Counted from the stretch's first letter, positions 19,129 through 41,903 are shown. The stretch: 64,000 nt of DNA from an uncultured delta proteobacterium (GCA_963716725.1 CAVQUB010000010.1:139873-203872); one strand, 5' to 3'. Translations and numbers: made by a program. The notes: generated by a model from the sequence alone, not told the origin.

Positions 19129-19220
19129 GCCACGGTCCTCCGATGCGCTGGTGGGCTTGGGCGCTCTTCGCCGCCGCCTGCCTGGCTATCCCGCTGGTTG
19201 GCTATTGGCTCGGGCGCTGA
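19125..19220 (+). CDS. Putative 31-aa single-pass membrane peptide coupled to cyoE
   Basis: ATG overlaps the cyoE stop (ATGA). Product MSHGPPMRWWAWALFAAACLAIPLVGYWLGR. Confidence 0.35.
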   Translation: MSHGPPMRWWAWALFAAACLAIPLVGYWLGR

Positions 19221-20308
19221 GCGGGCAGCTCTCGCGCAGCCGCCAGGGCAGCGAGCAGCGAGCCGAGCAGCAGCGCCAGTGCCAACACCGGGATGTCCGT
19301 GCCGGTTCGGGCGAGCAACGCCATCGCGATGGCACTGCGCGCGTAGGGTCGATCGGCGCGGGAGAGCAGCGAGGCCGGAACCGCCAGCAGCAACGTGACT
19401 CCCAGGGCGACGTGCAGCAGTTGCGGCACGAAGGGGAAGGGATGCCTCGAGAAGCCCTGGATGGCCTTGGTTAGGAGCCCGAGCACGCTGTCAGTCGGAG
19501 GCGAAAGGTAGAGGCTCACAGCTGCGAGCCCGATGCCGAGCGCCACGACGGGCGGCCACACGGCGAGGGCCAGCTTCTTGTGAGCCGCCGCGAGCCACAG
19601 AACGGCGATGACGAGAGTGGTCAGATCGAGAACCCAGGCCACGGTGGCCAAGGTCTGTGCGACGCGAAACAGCCGGGTCAACGCTTCGTGGCTTGCCCAT
19701 ACGGCGAGGGCCCGCGCCGAGACGCTGACGAGGGCGGTGAGTCCTGCCAGCCCGACGACGATGCCGGCGGCCCGCGTGTGGTCTCGGAGCGCCGTCGGGA
19801 CACTGGCGAACAGCGCCATGAATGACGAGAGCACCGCCAACCCGAGCACCAGGAGCATGGGCAACTCGCGGGTGGCCGACGCCATGACGAGAGTGACGAC
19901 CCCGGCGGTGGTCGGTGCGACGACGAGTCGGAAGGCCACGCTCAGGTTGCTCTCGACCAAGATCGCGATCAGCAGCTGAATCGCCAAGAGACAACCCCCG
20001 ACCACTGCGAGTTGCGCGAGCAGCGCGGCGGCGTTGTCCGAGCGGGTGATCCACTGCTCGAGACCGGAGCGCCAGCCGAGCAGCGCGGGCACCACGATGC
20101 GACCGGACACGAGCGCGAAGAAGAACAAGAGCACCAGGGCCGCCAGCACCCAGCGCCGAGCGCTGGTGAACAATCGCGCCGGGGCGTGGGTCGCGCGACC
20201 CTCGCTCGGCGGCTGCTCTTCAGAGGCGGCGCGGTCGGACTCGGGCGGCCGAGTGCCGTCGGTCCCCTCTGGGGTCGCGCTCGCGCCTTCGGTCTCGTCG
20301 CTGCTCAC
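19202..20308 (-). CDS. Hypothetical polytopic membrane protein
   Basis: 368-aa ORF with many hydrophobic helices, directly downstream of the TonB-like gene. Confidence 0.7.
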   Translation of the reverse strand: MSSDETEGASATPEGTDGTRPPESDRAASEEQPPSEGRATHAPARLFTSARRWVLAALVLLFFFALVSGRIVVPALLGWRSGLEQWITRSDNAAALLAQLAVVGGCLLAIQLLIAILVESNLSVAFRLVVAPTTAGVVTLVMASATRELPMLLVLGLAVLSSFMALFASVPTALRDHTRAAGIVVGLAGLTALVSVSARALAVWASHEALTRLFRVAQTLATVAWVLDLTTLVIAVLWLAAAHKKLALAVWPPVVALGIGLAAVSLYLSPPTDSVLGLLTKAIQGFSRHPFPFVPQLLHVALGVTLLLAVPASLLSRADRPYARSAIAMALLARTGTDIPVLALALLLGSLLAALAAARELPAQRPSQ

Positions 20309-20331
20309 TCACGGCCTCGCCGGAAACCGAC

Positions 20332-22107
20332 TTACCTGAGTGATGCGCGCTTTTCCAGCGCCCGAGTCCAATTGAACCATCCGTGGCGCTGATCTGCCGG
20401 GGAGGTCTCCTGGGGATCCCCCGGTCGCCACGGCGCCGGCTCGATGCTGGGCGGCGTAGATTTGGGCGCGCCTTTGAGGATGAAGGGGTGCGCGAAGTAG
20501 GTGGAGCAGGCGTAAAACGGGTTCCGATAGAACTCCCAGTGGAAGTACACCTTGCCGTCGCCGGAGACGATTTCGCGGGGCGGAGCGCCGAAGGGGCTGG
20601 CCCGCATCACGCTCTCCAGCGCGGCGATGTCGAAAGCCGTCACTCCGCTGGTGTGCGTGACGCCCATCCGCACGACCTTGCCTTCGTCCTTGTCTAGGAC
20701 GATCTCGAGGTGCGTCTTCATGTCCGCACGGTTCATCGGGTGCGTCCCCGGCAAGGTGTCTAGGGACGCCAAGAAAGAGTCGGCAAAGATCGGGTGCAAC
20801 CGGTTGTGGACCGCGTTCAGGAAGCTGGCGAAGGGAACACGCGCGGTGTTCAGCGCGGTTTGGTTCCCCGGCTTGACGCTCGCCACGTAGTTCTCGATGG
20901 ACGCCCGCCAGCGCTCGATGCCCAGGGACTTCCACGAGCCCCGGTGCGCGCTCTTGCGGCGTTCCGAGTCGCGGTGTTTCTCCTTGATCAATCGATCGCG
21001 ACCAACTGCGGCCAGCGCTTGTCGCGGCGACAGGTTCAGATTCACTCCGCTCGAGGTCGTGCCGAGCGCGCCGAGTCCGAGCATGGAGCTAGCGCCTCCT
21101 GCGCCCTTCATCGGCGGCAGGCGCTTCTTCTTGGCGCGTCGGGCCTTCTGAGCGGCCTGCGCGGCGCGCGCCTCAGCCACCGACCAACTGCCTTGAGCCG
21201 AATCGGTCGTCCCGGGAGCGGGATCGACTTCTTCCTTGGCTGCCCGCGCTTTCTGCCCCGCTTGCGCCGGGTCCTTACCGGCCCGCTTCGAGGCCTCGCT
21301 GCCCTTGTCGCTGCTCGGGGCCTTCGCTTCGGTGCCGGGTGAAGGCGGCGGAGCTTGGGCCGCGGCGGTCTGCTCGGGCTTGCCCTCTTCGTCCGGGCTG
21401 GTCGGAGCGCGATTGTCGCCTGCCTGGTCTTCGGACTGCGCGACGCGGGACTCTTCCGAGTTGCCCGGGTTCTTGTGCGCGGAAGCGTGGGCGCCGCCGG
21501 GAGTGGGCTTGGGATCGTTCTGGTCGGTCGATGTGATCCGAGCCTGGGTTTCCTTCTTCACGCGGTTGGCCTGGTCGGCGATGTGCGCGGCGTTCGGGTT
21601 GTCCTTCTGGTCCTTGTCCTCGACGTGTTGCACCACGGCGACGCGCTTCTGCACCTGGGCCTTCGGGAGGTCTTTGGGCTCCTCCGGCTTCGCCTCTTCC
21701 TTCTTGGCTTCCTTCTTCTCGACCTCGACCTTTGGCGCCTCGGGCTTCGGATCGGTCACCTCCGGCGGAGTCGGATCTTCCTTCTTGGCTTCCTCTCGCT
21801 TCGCCGTGGACTCGTCCTTCTCGGAGGGGTCCTCGGTCGGATCCGCCGGGTCCTCTGCTTCCTTCGAGGACGACTGCGACTTGGACTCTTCGGGCGGGGT
21901 GCTCTCGTTCGCCGACTCATCGACCAGCGCGATCTCGACCTCCCCCGCGCCGCGGATCTGCCGCTGTACGCTGGCCGCGAAGCGCTTGATGTCGAGGGTC
22001 TCCTCGAAGGCCCGTGAGAGCTTGGACGCACCCCCGCCCCAGACCAAGTGCGCGAGCAGCGCCGTGGCGATCCAGAGAAAAAGCGGAATGTTCGAGTCGC
22101 GAGTCAT
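20332..22107 (-). CDS. TonB/TolA-like energy-transducer protein
   Basis: N-terminal TM with conserved His (ATALLAHL), long E/K/P-rich disordered linker, C-terminal TonB_C-like domain (EIVLDKDEGKV..TSGVTAFDIAALESVMRASPFGAPP). Confidence 0.75.
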   Translation of the reverse strand: MTRDSNIPLFLWIATALLAHLVWGGGASKLSRAFEETLDIKRFAASVQRQIRGAGEVEIALVDESANESTPPEESKSQSSSKEAEDPADPTEDPSEKDESTAKREEAKKEDPTPPEVTDPKPEAPKVEVEKKEAKKEEAKPEEPKDLPKAQVQKRVAVVQHVEDKDQKDNPNAAHIADQANRVKKETQARITSTDQNDPKPTPGGAHASAHKNPGNSEESRVAQSEDQAGDNRAPTSPDEEGKPEQTAAAQAPPPSPGTEAKAPSSDKGSEASKRAGKDPAQAGQKARAAKEEVDPAPGTTDSAQGSWSVAEARAAQAAQKARRAKKKRLPPMKGAGGASSMLGLGALGTTSSGVNLNLSPRQALAAVGRDRLIKEKHRDSERRKSAHRGSWKSLGIERWRASIENYVASVKPGNQTALNTARVPFASFLNAVHNRLHPIFADSFLASLDTLPGTHPMNRADMKTHLEIVLDKDEGKVVRMGVTHTSGVTAFDIAALESVMRASPFGAPPREIVSGDGKVYFHWEFYRNPFYACSTYFAHPFILKGAPKSTPPSIEPAPWRPGDPQETSPADQRHGWFNWTRALEKRASLR

Positions 22108-22177
22108 CGCGGCACGGTGCGTGAGGCCCGTCTAACGTAACACCCGACCCCCGGACCAGCAATCGAGCGGGGGCCCG

Positions 22178-23020
22178 CTAAACCTTCGAGATCACTTCCC
22201 AGTGGTCGGCGATTTCCTGCGCCGTCCAGACTCCCTGGTCGGAGTCCTTGAACTTTCCGGCGCTCTCCACGACCTTGTAGATGCTGAGCTTTCCGCCTGC
22301 GACGGAAACCACGGCACCGCTCAGGTCCCGCGAAAGGTCGCTCCCGAGGAACAAGTGCGCCGGGGCCACATGCTCCGGGGTCATGCTCTGGATCTTCTCG
22401 AACATCGGCAGATCTTCGGTCATGCGAGTCTTGGCGATGGGGGCCACGGCGTTCACGCGGATGCCGTGGCGCTGGAGCTCGATGGATGCGGTGCGCGTCA
22501 ACCCGTAGATGCCGGCCTTGGCCGCCGAGTAGTTGGCTTGACCGAAATTGCCCAGCATGCCCGAGACGCTGGTGGTGTTGATGATGCTGCCCGGGGAGCC
22601 TTGGGCGCGCATCTGCGTCGCCGCCGCCTGCGTGCAGAGGAAGCTCCCGGTCAGGTGAACGGCGATCACGGCGTCCCACATCGCGTCGTCCATCTTGAGC
22701 AGGGTCTTGTCGCGCAAGATGCCGGCATTGTTGACCAGCACGTCCAGCCGTCCAAAGGCATCGACGGCGGCCGCCACGATGGCGCCGGCGCCGGTGCGGG
22801 TCGCGACGGAGTCCGGGTTTGCGACGGCCTCCCCGCCAGCGGCGCGGATCTCGCTGACCACGGCGTCGGCGGGAGAAGCGCTCTCTCCGGTGCCGTCCCG
22901 CGCTCCGCCCACGTCATTCACCACGACCTTCGCGCCTTCGCGGGCGAAGAGCAGCGCCGTGGCCCGGCCGATGCCGCCACCGGCGCCCGTGACGATCGCG
23001 ACCTTACCTTCGAGAAGCAT
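22178..23020 (-). CDS. Short-chain dehydrogenase/reductase (FabG-like/3-hydroxyacyl-CoA dehydrogenase-like)
   Basis: TGAGGGIG, NNAGILRD, catalytic YSAAK. Confidence 0.92.
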   Translation of the reverse strand: MLLEGKVAIVTGAGGGIGRATALLFAREGAKVVVNDVGGARDGTGESASPADAVVSEIRAAGGEAVANPDSVATRTGAGAIVAAAVDAFGRLDVLVNNAGILRDKTLLKMDDAMWDAVIAVHLTGSFLCTQAAATQMRAQGSPGSIINTTSVSGMLGNFGQANYSAAKAGIYGLTRTASIELQRHGIRVNAVAPIAKTRMTEDLPMFEKIQSMTPEHVAPAHLFLGSDLSRDLSGAVVSVAGGKLSIYKVVESAGKFKDSDQGVWTAQEIADHWEVISKV

Positions 23021-23029
23021 GCGCCGTGA

Positions 23030-23407
23030 CTAGCGCGCTTGGGTCACTGCGTCACGCGGAGCGTCGCTTCGCCGTGGCGCGACCAACAAATCAACCACCA
23101 ACGCCAGGGCAGTTCCAAAGGCTGCGCCCGCCACGTCCCAGGTGAAGTCCTTCGCGCTGGCGTGGCCGTGACCACTCGCGTCGTAGATCTCCTTCGCCCC
23201 GCCCAGGGTGAGCGAAAACCCGGCGCCCGCGGCGGCCCGCTGCCAGCGTTCGTCGAGCAGCGCGGTCGAAGCAGCGTATCCGCCGGCCGCGAGGCCGGCA
23301 GATGCCCCGAAATGCAGCGCCTTGTCCCGACCCCACCAGGGATCACTTTCCTCGGCACGAGCGGGTGCGGACAGGGACGTCAACGCAAGAAAGAGAAGGA
23401 GTCGCAC
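23030..23407 (-). CDS. YfiM/DUF2279-like exported membrane protein
   Basis: Signal peptide, [26 protein letters not shown] motif. The start is uncertain. Confidence 0.65.
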   Translation of the reverse strand: MRLLLFLALTSLSAPARAEESDPWWGRDKALHFGASAGLAAGGYAASTALLDERWQRAAAGAGFSLTLGGAKEIYDASGHGHASAKDFTWDVAGAAFGTALALVVDLLVAPRRSDAPRDAVTQAR

Positions 23408-23536
23408 GGCCCCGACGCTCCCACGGCCACGCCGCGCCGTCGACTGGGCGCCGATCTCGGCACGCGAAAGTGCGCTGACGAAGCGGACGCGCGCCGTGTT
23501 CCCGCAGGGGCACCTGCGCGCTAGGCTGGCGCGCCC

Positions 23537-25597
<2,061 letters not shown>

Positions 25598-25607
25598 GGC
25601 CGCGGCT

Positions 25608-26921
25608 TCACTTTGCGATGCGTTCGATCACGAGCGGCGCCACGGTCGGCGCCTTCTTGCCGATCGTAAATGCGGCGGCAGTGCGGGCCACCAGGGCGGC
25701 CGCGTTCTTCTTGTTCGAGAGGTGCAGCAGCGCCAGCGGCTCTCCCTTCGAGACGCGGGCGCCGGGCTTGGCACACAGCTCGATGCCGACCGCCGGATCG
25801 ACCTTCTGATCGGCGCGGGTGCGGCCGGCGCCGAGCGCGACCGCCGTGAGCCCGAGCTCGAGCGCGTCGGTGCGCGTGACGAAGCCAGCCGCGGGAGCGG
25901 GCACCTCCACCCGGTGGCGGGCGCGGGGCAGGCGCGACGGATCGTCGACGACCCGCGGGTCGCCGCCCTGGGCCTTGACCATACGGGCGAGCACCGCCAG
26001 GCCGCTGCCGTCGGCGAGGGCTCTTTCCAGCTGTTTTCGCGCCTCGGCAGGCTTCTTCGCCGCGCCGCCGAGTAGCAGCATCTCGGCGCCGAGGGCCAGG
26101 GTGAGCTCGCGAGTGTCTGCGGGGCCTCGGTCCATCAAGATCTCGATGGCCTCGCGGGTCTCGAGCGCGTTGCCGATGGTCGTGCCGATGGGCACGCTCA
26201 TGTCCGTGAGGAGCGCCACGACCTTCTTGCCGGCGCGAGTCCCGACGCGCACCAAGGCCTTGGCCAATGCCCGGGCCGCCGCCAGGTCCTTCATGAACGC
26301 GCCGCGGCCGACCTTCACGTCGAGCACCAGGCCGTCGATGCCTTCGGCGAGCTTCTTGGACAGGATGCTGGCGACGATCAGCGGGATGCACTCGACGGTG
26401 CCGGTCACGTCGCGGAGCGCGTAGATGCGCTTGTCGGCCGGGGCGAGGCGCGAGGTCTGGCCGATCATCGACACGCCGACCTCGCGCACGATGCGCTCGA
26501 AGTTCTTCGCGTCGATGTCCACGCGATAGCCGGGGATGGCCTCGAGCTTGTCGAGCGTGCCGCCGGTGTGCCCGAGGCCGCGCCCGGAGATCATCGGCAC
26601 CGCCACGCCGCAGGCCGCGACCAGGGGCGCGAGGCAGATGCTGATCTTGTCGCCGACGCCGCCGGTCGAGTGTTTGTCGACCTTGCCGCGCTTCACGCTC
26701 GGCAGGTCGAGCACGTCGCCGGAGTGCAGCATGGCTTCGGTCAGCGCTACGGTCTCCGCGTCGTCGAGGCCGCGCAGGAAGGTGGCCATCAGCCAGGCGC
26801 TCATCTGGTAGTCGGCGACCTCGCCCCGCACGAAGGCGTCGATGAAGGCGCGGACCTCGGCGGGGGAGTGGGTGCCACCGTCGCGCTTGGCGATGATCAG
26901 CTCGACCGGGCTCTTGTTCAT
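25608..26921 (-). CDS. deoA: Thymidine/pyrimidine-nucleoside phosphorylase
   Basis: ATG at 26921 (MNKSPVELIIAKRDG), DKHSTGGVGDK, SGRGLGHTGGTLDKLEAIPG, ASILSKK, LDVKVG.GAFM. Confidence 0.93.
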   Translation of the reverse strand: MNKSPVELIIAKRDGGTHSPAEVRAFIDAFVRGEVADYQMSAWLMATFLRGLDDAETVALTEAMLHSGDVLDLPSVKRGKVDKHSTGGVGDKISICLAPLVAACGVAVPMISGRGLGHTGGTLDKLEAIPGYRVDIDAKNFERIVREVGVSMIGQTSRLAPADKRIYALRDVTGTVECIPLIVASILSKKLAEGIDGLVLDVKVGRGAFMKDLAAARALAKALVRVGTRAGKKVVALLTDMSVPIGTTIGNALETREAIEILMDRGPADTRELTLALGAEMLLLGGAAKKPAEARKQLERALADGSGLAVLARMVKAQGGDPRVVDDPSRLPRARHRVEVPAPAAGFVTRTDALELGLTAVALGAGRTRADQKVDPAVGIELCAKPGARVSKGEPLALLHLSNKKNAAALVARTAAAFTIGKKAPTVAPLVIERIAK

Positions 26922-26937
26922 GGCCGTACAAAACCAC

Positions 26938-26966
26938 CGCGCCCCGGCGGTTGTCACCGGGGCGCG
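26938..26966 (-). terminator. GC-rich hairpin, possible intrinsic terminator/attenuator between the surface-protein operon and the phosphorylase gene
   Basis: 10-bp perfect stem CGCGCCCCGG/CCGGGGCGCG with a 9-nt loop, followed on the minus strand by GTGGTTTTGT. Confidence 0.5.
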
Positions 26967-26989
26967 AGGATGTTTGGGTTTTCCCGGGG

Positions 26990-38038
<11,049 letters not shown>

Positions 38039-38217
38039 GCGCACACCCTCGAAATATTGGCCCCATGAGGCGGCCGTGTCGAGCCGAGCCTGCCCGCTCG
38101 ACTCAAGGAAGCTGAGCCACTCTGAAAGCTACACGGTCGGGGTCCGGTCCTCAAGGCTCGAGCGGACTTTCTGGCGCACTTGGACCTACAGCAATTGTCG
38201 AGGTTGTCTGGGCCGGA

Positions 38218-38234
38218 GCCGCAAGTCTTGCGGC
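38218..38234. promoter_or_regulatory. Perfect 8-1-8 palindrome, candidate operator in the divergent promoter region
   Basis: GCCGCAAG-T-CTTGCGGC between the starts of gene A (-) and the WYL gene (+). Confidence 0.4.
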
Positions 38235-38278
38235 CGCCCGGTGACGCGGCCCTCGAGGAACGCTAATGCTCGGTCCCA

Positions 38279-38340
38279 GCCTCGTCCGCCTCGTCCGCCT
38301 CGTCCGCCTCGTCCGCCTCGTCCGCCTCGTCCGCCTCGTC
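38279..38340 (+). repeat. Perfect 9-bp tandem repeat (GCCTCGTCC) x ~6.9
   Basis: Directly visible. Ends immediately before the GGAGA RBS of the WYL gene. Confidence 0.95.
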
Positions 38341-38353
38341 GGAGATCTTGCCC

Positions 38354-39393
38354 ATGGCCAAGCCGCTCGGCCGCCCGAAAGGGCGCTTCACTCAGCATCG
38401 CCGCCTCGACGTGGTGCGCGATCTTCTGGCTCGGCAGCCCCGCGGGCTCACGCTCTACGAGCTCGCCGACGCCATCGACGTGAGCGCGCGCACGATGCGC
38501 CGCTACCTGAAAGAGATGGAGCGCGAAGACGACCTCGAGAGCCACCAGGTGAAGGGCGGGGGGCGCTGCTCTGGCGCATCCGGCAGAGCGAGATCTCCCG
38601 CAAGGTCGAGCTCCGGCGCACGCAGGCCTACGCGCTGCTCGCGGCGCGTCGTCTGTTCGAGCCGATGCGAGGCTCGGCCCTGTTCGACGAGATCGATCTC
38701 GCCATCAACAAGCTGCTCGCGTTCGCCCAGCGTCCGGGGCGGGGGCCGAACGCGGGGCTCGCCGATGCGCGCCTCGAAGACCGCTTCTTGTACCTGCCCT
38801 TCGCGCCGAAAATGTACGCGGAGAAGACCGAAGAGCTCGACGACCTGTTCCAGGCGGTCTCCGATCTGCGGCCGCTCAGTCTCGCCTACCGCAGCGCTGC
38901 CAAGAAGACCGAAGAGCGCATCACCATCCATCCCTACGCGTTGGTGCTTCACCGCGACGCCATCTACTGCGTGGGCTTGCACGTCGACAAAGACGAAATC
39001 CGCACCTTCGTGCTCGACCGCATGCGCGACACGGACTGCGGGGTGTCCGAGCGCTTCACCTTGCCCGATGACTTCAAGATCGACGACTACTTTCAGGGGG
39101 AGTTGGGCATCTGGCGCAGCGAGACGCGGCACAAGGTGGTGATCGATTTCGACGCTCAAGGAGCCGACTACCTGCGCACGCGCAAGGTGCACGGCTCCCA
39201 GAAGCTGCAGGCCATCGCGGGTGGCGGCGTGCGGCTCAGCATGACCCTGGGGAATCTGAACCCCGTGGTGAGCTGGGCGCTCGAGTGGGGACCGCGCGCC
39301 AAGGTGGTGGAGCCCCCGGAGCTCGTCGAGAGGGTGCGCGCAGAGCTGGACCAGGCGCTGGCGCAGTACAAGAAGAAGCGCTCCAAGAAGTAG
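38354..39393 (+). CDS. HTH-WYL-WCX transcriptional regulator (PafBC/DriD-like architecture); apparent frameshift in a G6 run at 38558-38563
   Basis: N-terminal wHTH LTLYELADAIDVSARTMRRYL in one frame. WYL-type RITIHPYALV....IYCVG....EIRTFVLDRM and WCX-type WALEWGPRAKVVEPPEL in the other. Confidence 0.88.
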
Positions 39394-39425
39394 CGACCGC
39401 GGCCGAACGCCTGCCGCTACTTCCC

Positions 39426-40040
39426 TTACTTCCCCTGCGCGCGGTAGTGCCGGTAGTACGCCAGCACCTTGCCGACGTAGGCCTGGGTCTCTTCGTAGGG
39501 GGGGATGCCGCCGTTGCGGATCACGGCGTTCTCGCCCGCGTTGTAGGCAGCGACGGTCAGCTCCAGATCGCCGTTGAACATGTTGGCCAGCACTCGCAGG
39601 TACCGCGTGCCGCCGAAGATGTTCTGCCGAGGATCGAAATGATCGGTGACCAGCATGCGCTCCGCGGTCTCGGGGATCATCTGCATCAGCCCGCGGGCGT
39701 TGGCTCGGGACACCGCTCGCGGGTCGAAGTCGCTCTCCACCTTGATCACGGCGCGGACCAGCTCTTCGGGGATCTGATAGAGCGTGGCGGCCTGCCGGAT
39801 GTACAGGTCGTAGCGCGAGAAGCGCTCCGGGGAGGTGTCCCGAGGCATGAAGACCGGGATCTTCGGCTTGTCCTTGGCGTAGAGCGCGCTCGACTGGCCC
39901 GTGGGGCGGCTCGTGAAGCTCACCACGCCGTCGGAGTCGACGGTCTTGTAGATGTCCGCCCGCCCGGTGCCGCTGAAGGTGAGCAGGGCCGCGCCGGCGA
40001 CTGTCGCGGCGAAACGGAGGTGGGTCGAGGGCAAATTCAC
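39426..40040 (-). CDS. Lytic transglycosylase (SLT domain) with N-terminal DUF4124-like module
   Basis: ADIYKTVDSDGVVSFT, AVIKVESDFDPRAVS..ARGLMQ, AAYNAG, IPPYEETQAYV. The start is approximate. Confidence 0.88.
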   Translation of the reverse strand: MNLPSTHLRFAATVAGAALLTFSGTGRADIYKTVDSDGVVSFTSRPTGQSSALYAKDKPKIPVFMPRDTSPERFSRYDLYIRQAATLYQIPEELVRAVIKVESDFDPRAVSRANARGLMQMIPETAERMLVTDHFDPRQNIFGGTRYLRVLANMFNGDLELTVAAYNAGENAVIRNGGIPPYEETQAYVGKVLAYYRHYRAQGK

Positions 40041-40156
40041 GAGCTTGCGCGGATCGTACGGGAAACGCCGGGGCCCGGTCCAAGAATTCCGCCTTCGATA
40101 AGTCGGCTCGCGCCGGGTACACTCCGACCCCCGGCGCCAAAGGCCCGGGAAGCGCC

Positions 40157-41806
40157 ATGCCCGAACGAGAGCCCCAGACCGATCGCCGCCGGCGCCGCCG
40201 CCGCGGCCCACCACAGAAGCCTCAGCAGTCCGCGGTCGCGGCCATCGCCGCGGCCAAGCCGCCGGTCGACGTGGCGAAGCCCGCCGACGCGCCCCTGTCC
40301 GAAGCAGAGGCCGCCGAGATGCGCGTGCACCTGCGTTTTCTCAAAGAGCATCGGAAGATCCTCGCGCTCAAGCTGAATGCGGCCGAGGACTTGCTGCTCA
40401 ACGGCGCGCGGGAGCCCACCCACCGCGGCGTGTGTCAGCACCTGCTCGACAAAGTCGAGAAGAGCCGGGTCGAGCTGGCCGCGCCGCGACTCGATCTCGG
40501 AAGTCGCATGCGCCTGCTCGAGGGCATCATCCGCTTCTCGCCGGACATCGCCTACCTGTTGCTCTACCTCGAGAGCCTCAAGGACGCCTCCCGTCCCGAT
40601 GCAGTGCCGGCGCTCACGGCTGCGCTGCGGCGCATCGACTTCGAGACGGTGAGCGCGGCACAGATGCGCCGGGTGCTCGACCTGATCGTGGAGCTCACCC
40701 GCGAGCGCGATCGACCCCAGCTCCTGTTCAGCCTGCTCTCGAGCTCGACCTTCCAGAAGGCCTTCGATGCTTCGGCCGAGCGCCTGCCGGACGCGCTTGC
40801 CGGCATCGTCGTGCCGCTGCGAGCTGCCCACGCGGTCATCGTGCGGGGCGCGCCGAACCCCACCGACGCCGACTCGCTGGCGCGCGGTGCGGAGATGCTG
40901 CTCTCGCTCCCCGAGAGTGTGCTGAGGAGCCAGTCGCCAGCGGTCTGTCGCCGGCTCTTCGAGGTCGGCATCGAGCTCGCCACCGAACCTCGGGACAAGT
41001 GCACCGCGGGCTTGCGCGTGCTCTTCGAGGCCATGCCGCGCGGCGATCGCGCCTACGCCGATGCCGCCCTCGCGCTGTCGCGCTGGCTGCTCGCGCGAGG
41101 CCTCGAGCGTGACGCCCGGGCGCTCTTCGCGGTCCTCGCCAAAGACAAGGTCGAGGTCCCACGCCACTGGGTCGTCGCCCTCGACGGCAAGCGCATCGGT
41201 GGCATCGGGCTCACGGAGCGACCACCGCGTGAAGACCCGAACCGGGCGCCCCGGGAGTCGTTCGTGAGCGGTGTGCAGCTGTCCAAGCAGCGGTCCGTGT
41301 GGCTGCGCGTCGGCGCGCCCTCCGACGTCGAGCGCTACGCGCGGGCAGCGGAGCTGTCCAAGAGCATCGCCCTGGTCGGCGTGGCGCCTGTCGTCGAGCA
41401 CGGGCTCACCGAGCAAGGCCAGCCCTACCTCGCGGTGGAGCATCACGGGCGCGCGGCCAACGAGGTCCTGCTCGGCAAATCGGGGACGACCAAGTCCTCG
41501 GCCCTCGCCCTCTGCGGCGAAGCGTCGGCGATCCTCGGGGCGCTGGGCCTGTGCGGGGTGCGGCTCCCCGACGTGCGCTTCCGTCGCTTCGCCGTCGATG
41601 ACCACGGACGGCTCTGGCTGCGCGACCTGATGGACGCAGAGCGCGCCGCCGACGCGGCGGAGCACAACACCCGGCTCGCCCTCGAGTTCTGTTTCGATGT
41701 GCTGACGCGAGTGCCGCGCTTGGCGCTTTCGAGCGCCAGCGAAGAGAGCCTGCGCGGGGCGACCGACACCGTCGCGCTCGCGCGGGCCCTGGAAGCGCTC
41801 GCCTGA
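40157..41806 (+). CDS. Hypothetical protein: helical N-terminal region plus degenerate kinase-like C-terminal region
   Basis: 549-aa ORF. GVAPVVEHGLTEQGQPYLAVE and GRLWLRDL resemble kinase subdomains without HRD/DFG. Confidence 0.65.
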   Translation: MPEREPQTDRRRRRRRGPPQKPQQSAVAAIAAAKPPVDVAKPADAPLSEAEAAEMRVHLRFLKEHRKILALKLNAAEDLLLNGAREPTHRGVCQHLLDKVEKSRVELAAPRLDLGSRMRLLEGIIRFSPDIAYLLLYLESLKDASRPDAVPALTAALRRIDFETVSAAQMRRVLDLIVELTRERDRPQLLFSLLSSSTFQKAFDASAERLPDALAGIVVPLRAAHAVIVRGAPNPTDADSLARGAEMLLSLPESVLRSQSPAVCRRLFEVGIELATEPRDKCTAGLRVLFEAMPRGDRAYADAALALSRWLLARGLERDARALFAVLAKDKVEVPRHWVVALDGKRIGGIGLTERPPREDPNRAPRESFVSGVQLSKQRSVWLRVGAPSDVERYARAAELSKSIALVGVAPVVEHGLTEQGQPYLAVEHHGRAANEVLLGKSGTTKSSALALCGEASAILGALGLCGVRLPDVRFRRFAVDDHGRLWLRDLMDAERAADAAEHNTRLALEFCFDVLTRVPRLALSSASEESLRGATDTVALARALEALA

Positions 41807-41903
41807 TCGGCGCGCCTACTCCGAGTCGGTCAGGTAGGTGTAGCTTCGCAGCGCCTGCTCGTAGTGCTGCATGAGCGTGCGCATCTGCTCGTTGGTCAGG
41901 CGT
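41567..41903. repeat. 337-bp direct repeat, left copy (3' end of 40157..41806 plus a non-functional copy of the speA 3' end)
   Basis: Matches 48730..49066 at a constant offset of 7163, with 8 substitutions counted by eye and no indels. Confidence 0.95.

Noticed and set aside
38279..38340. Repeat array next to a WYL gene as a CRISPR array
   Set aside because: The units are 9 bp, directly abutting, with no spacers, and there are no cas genes.
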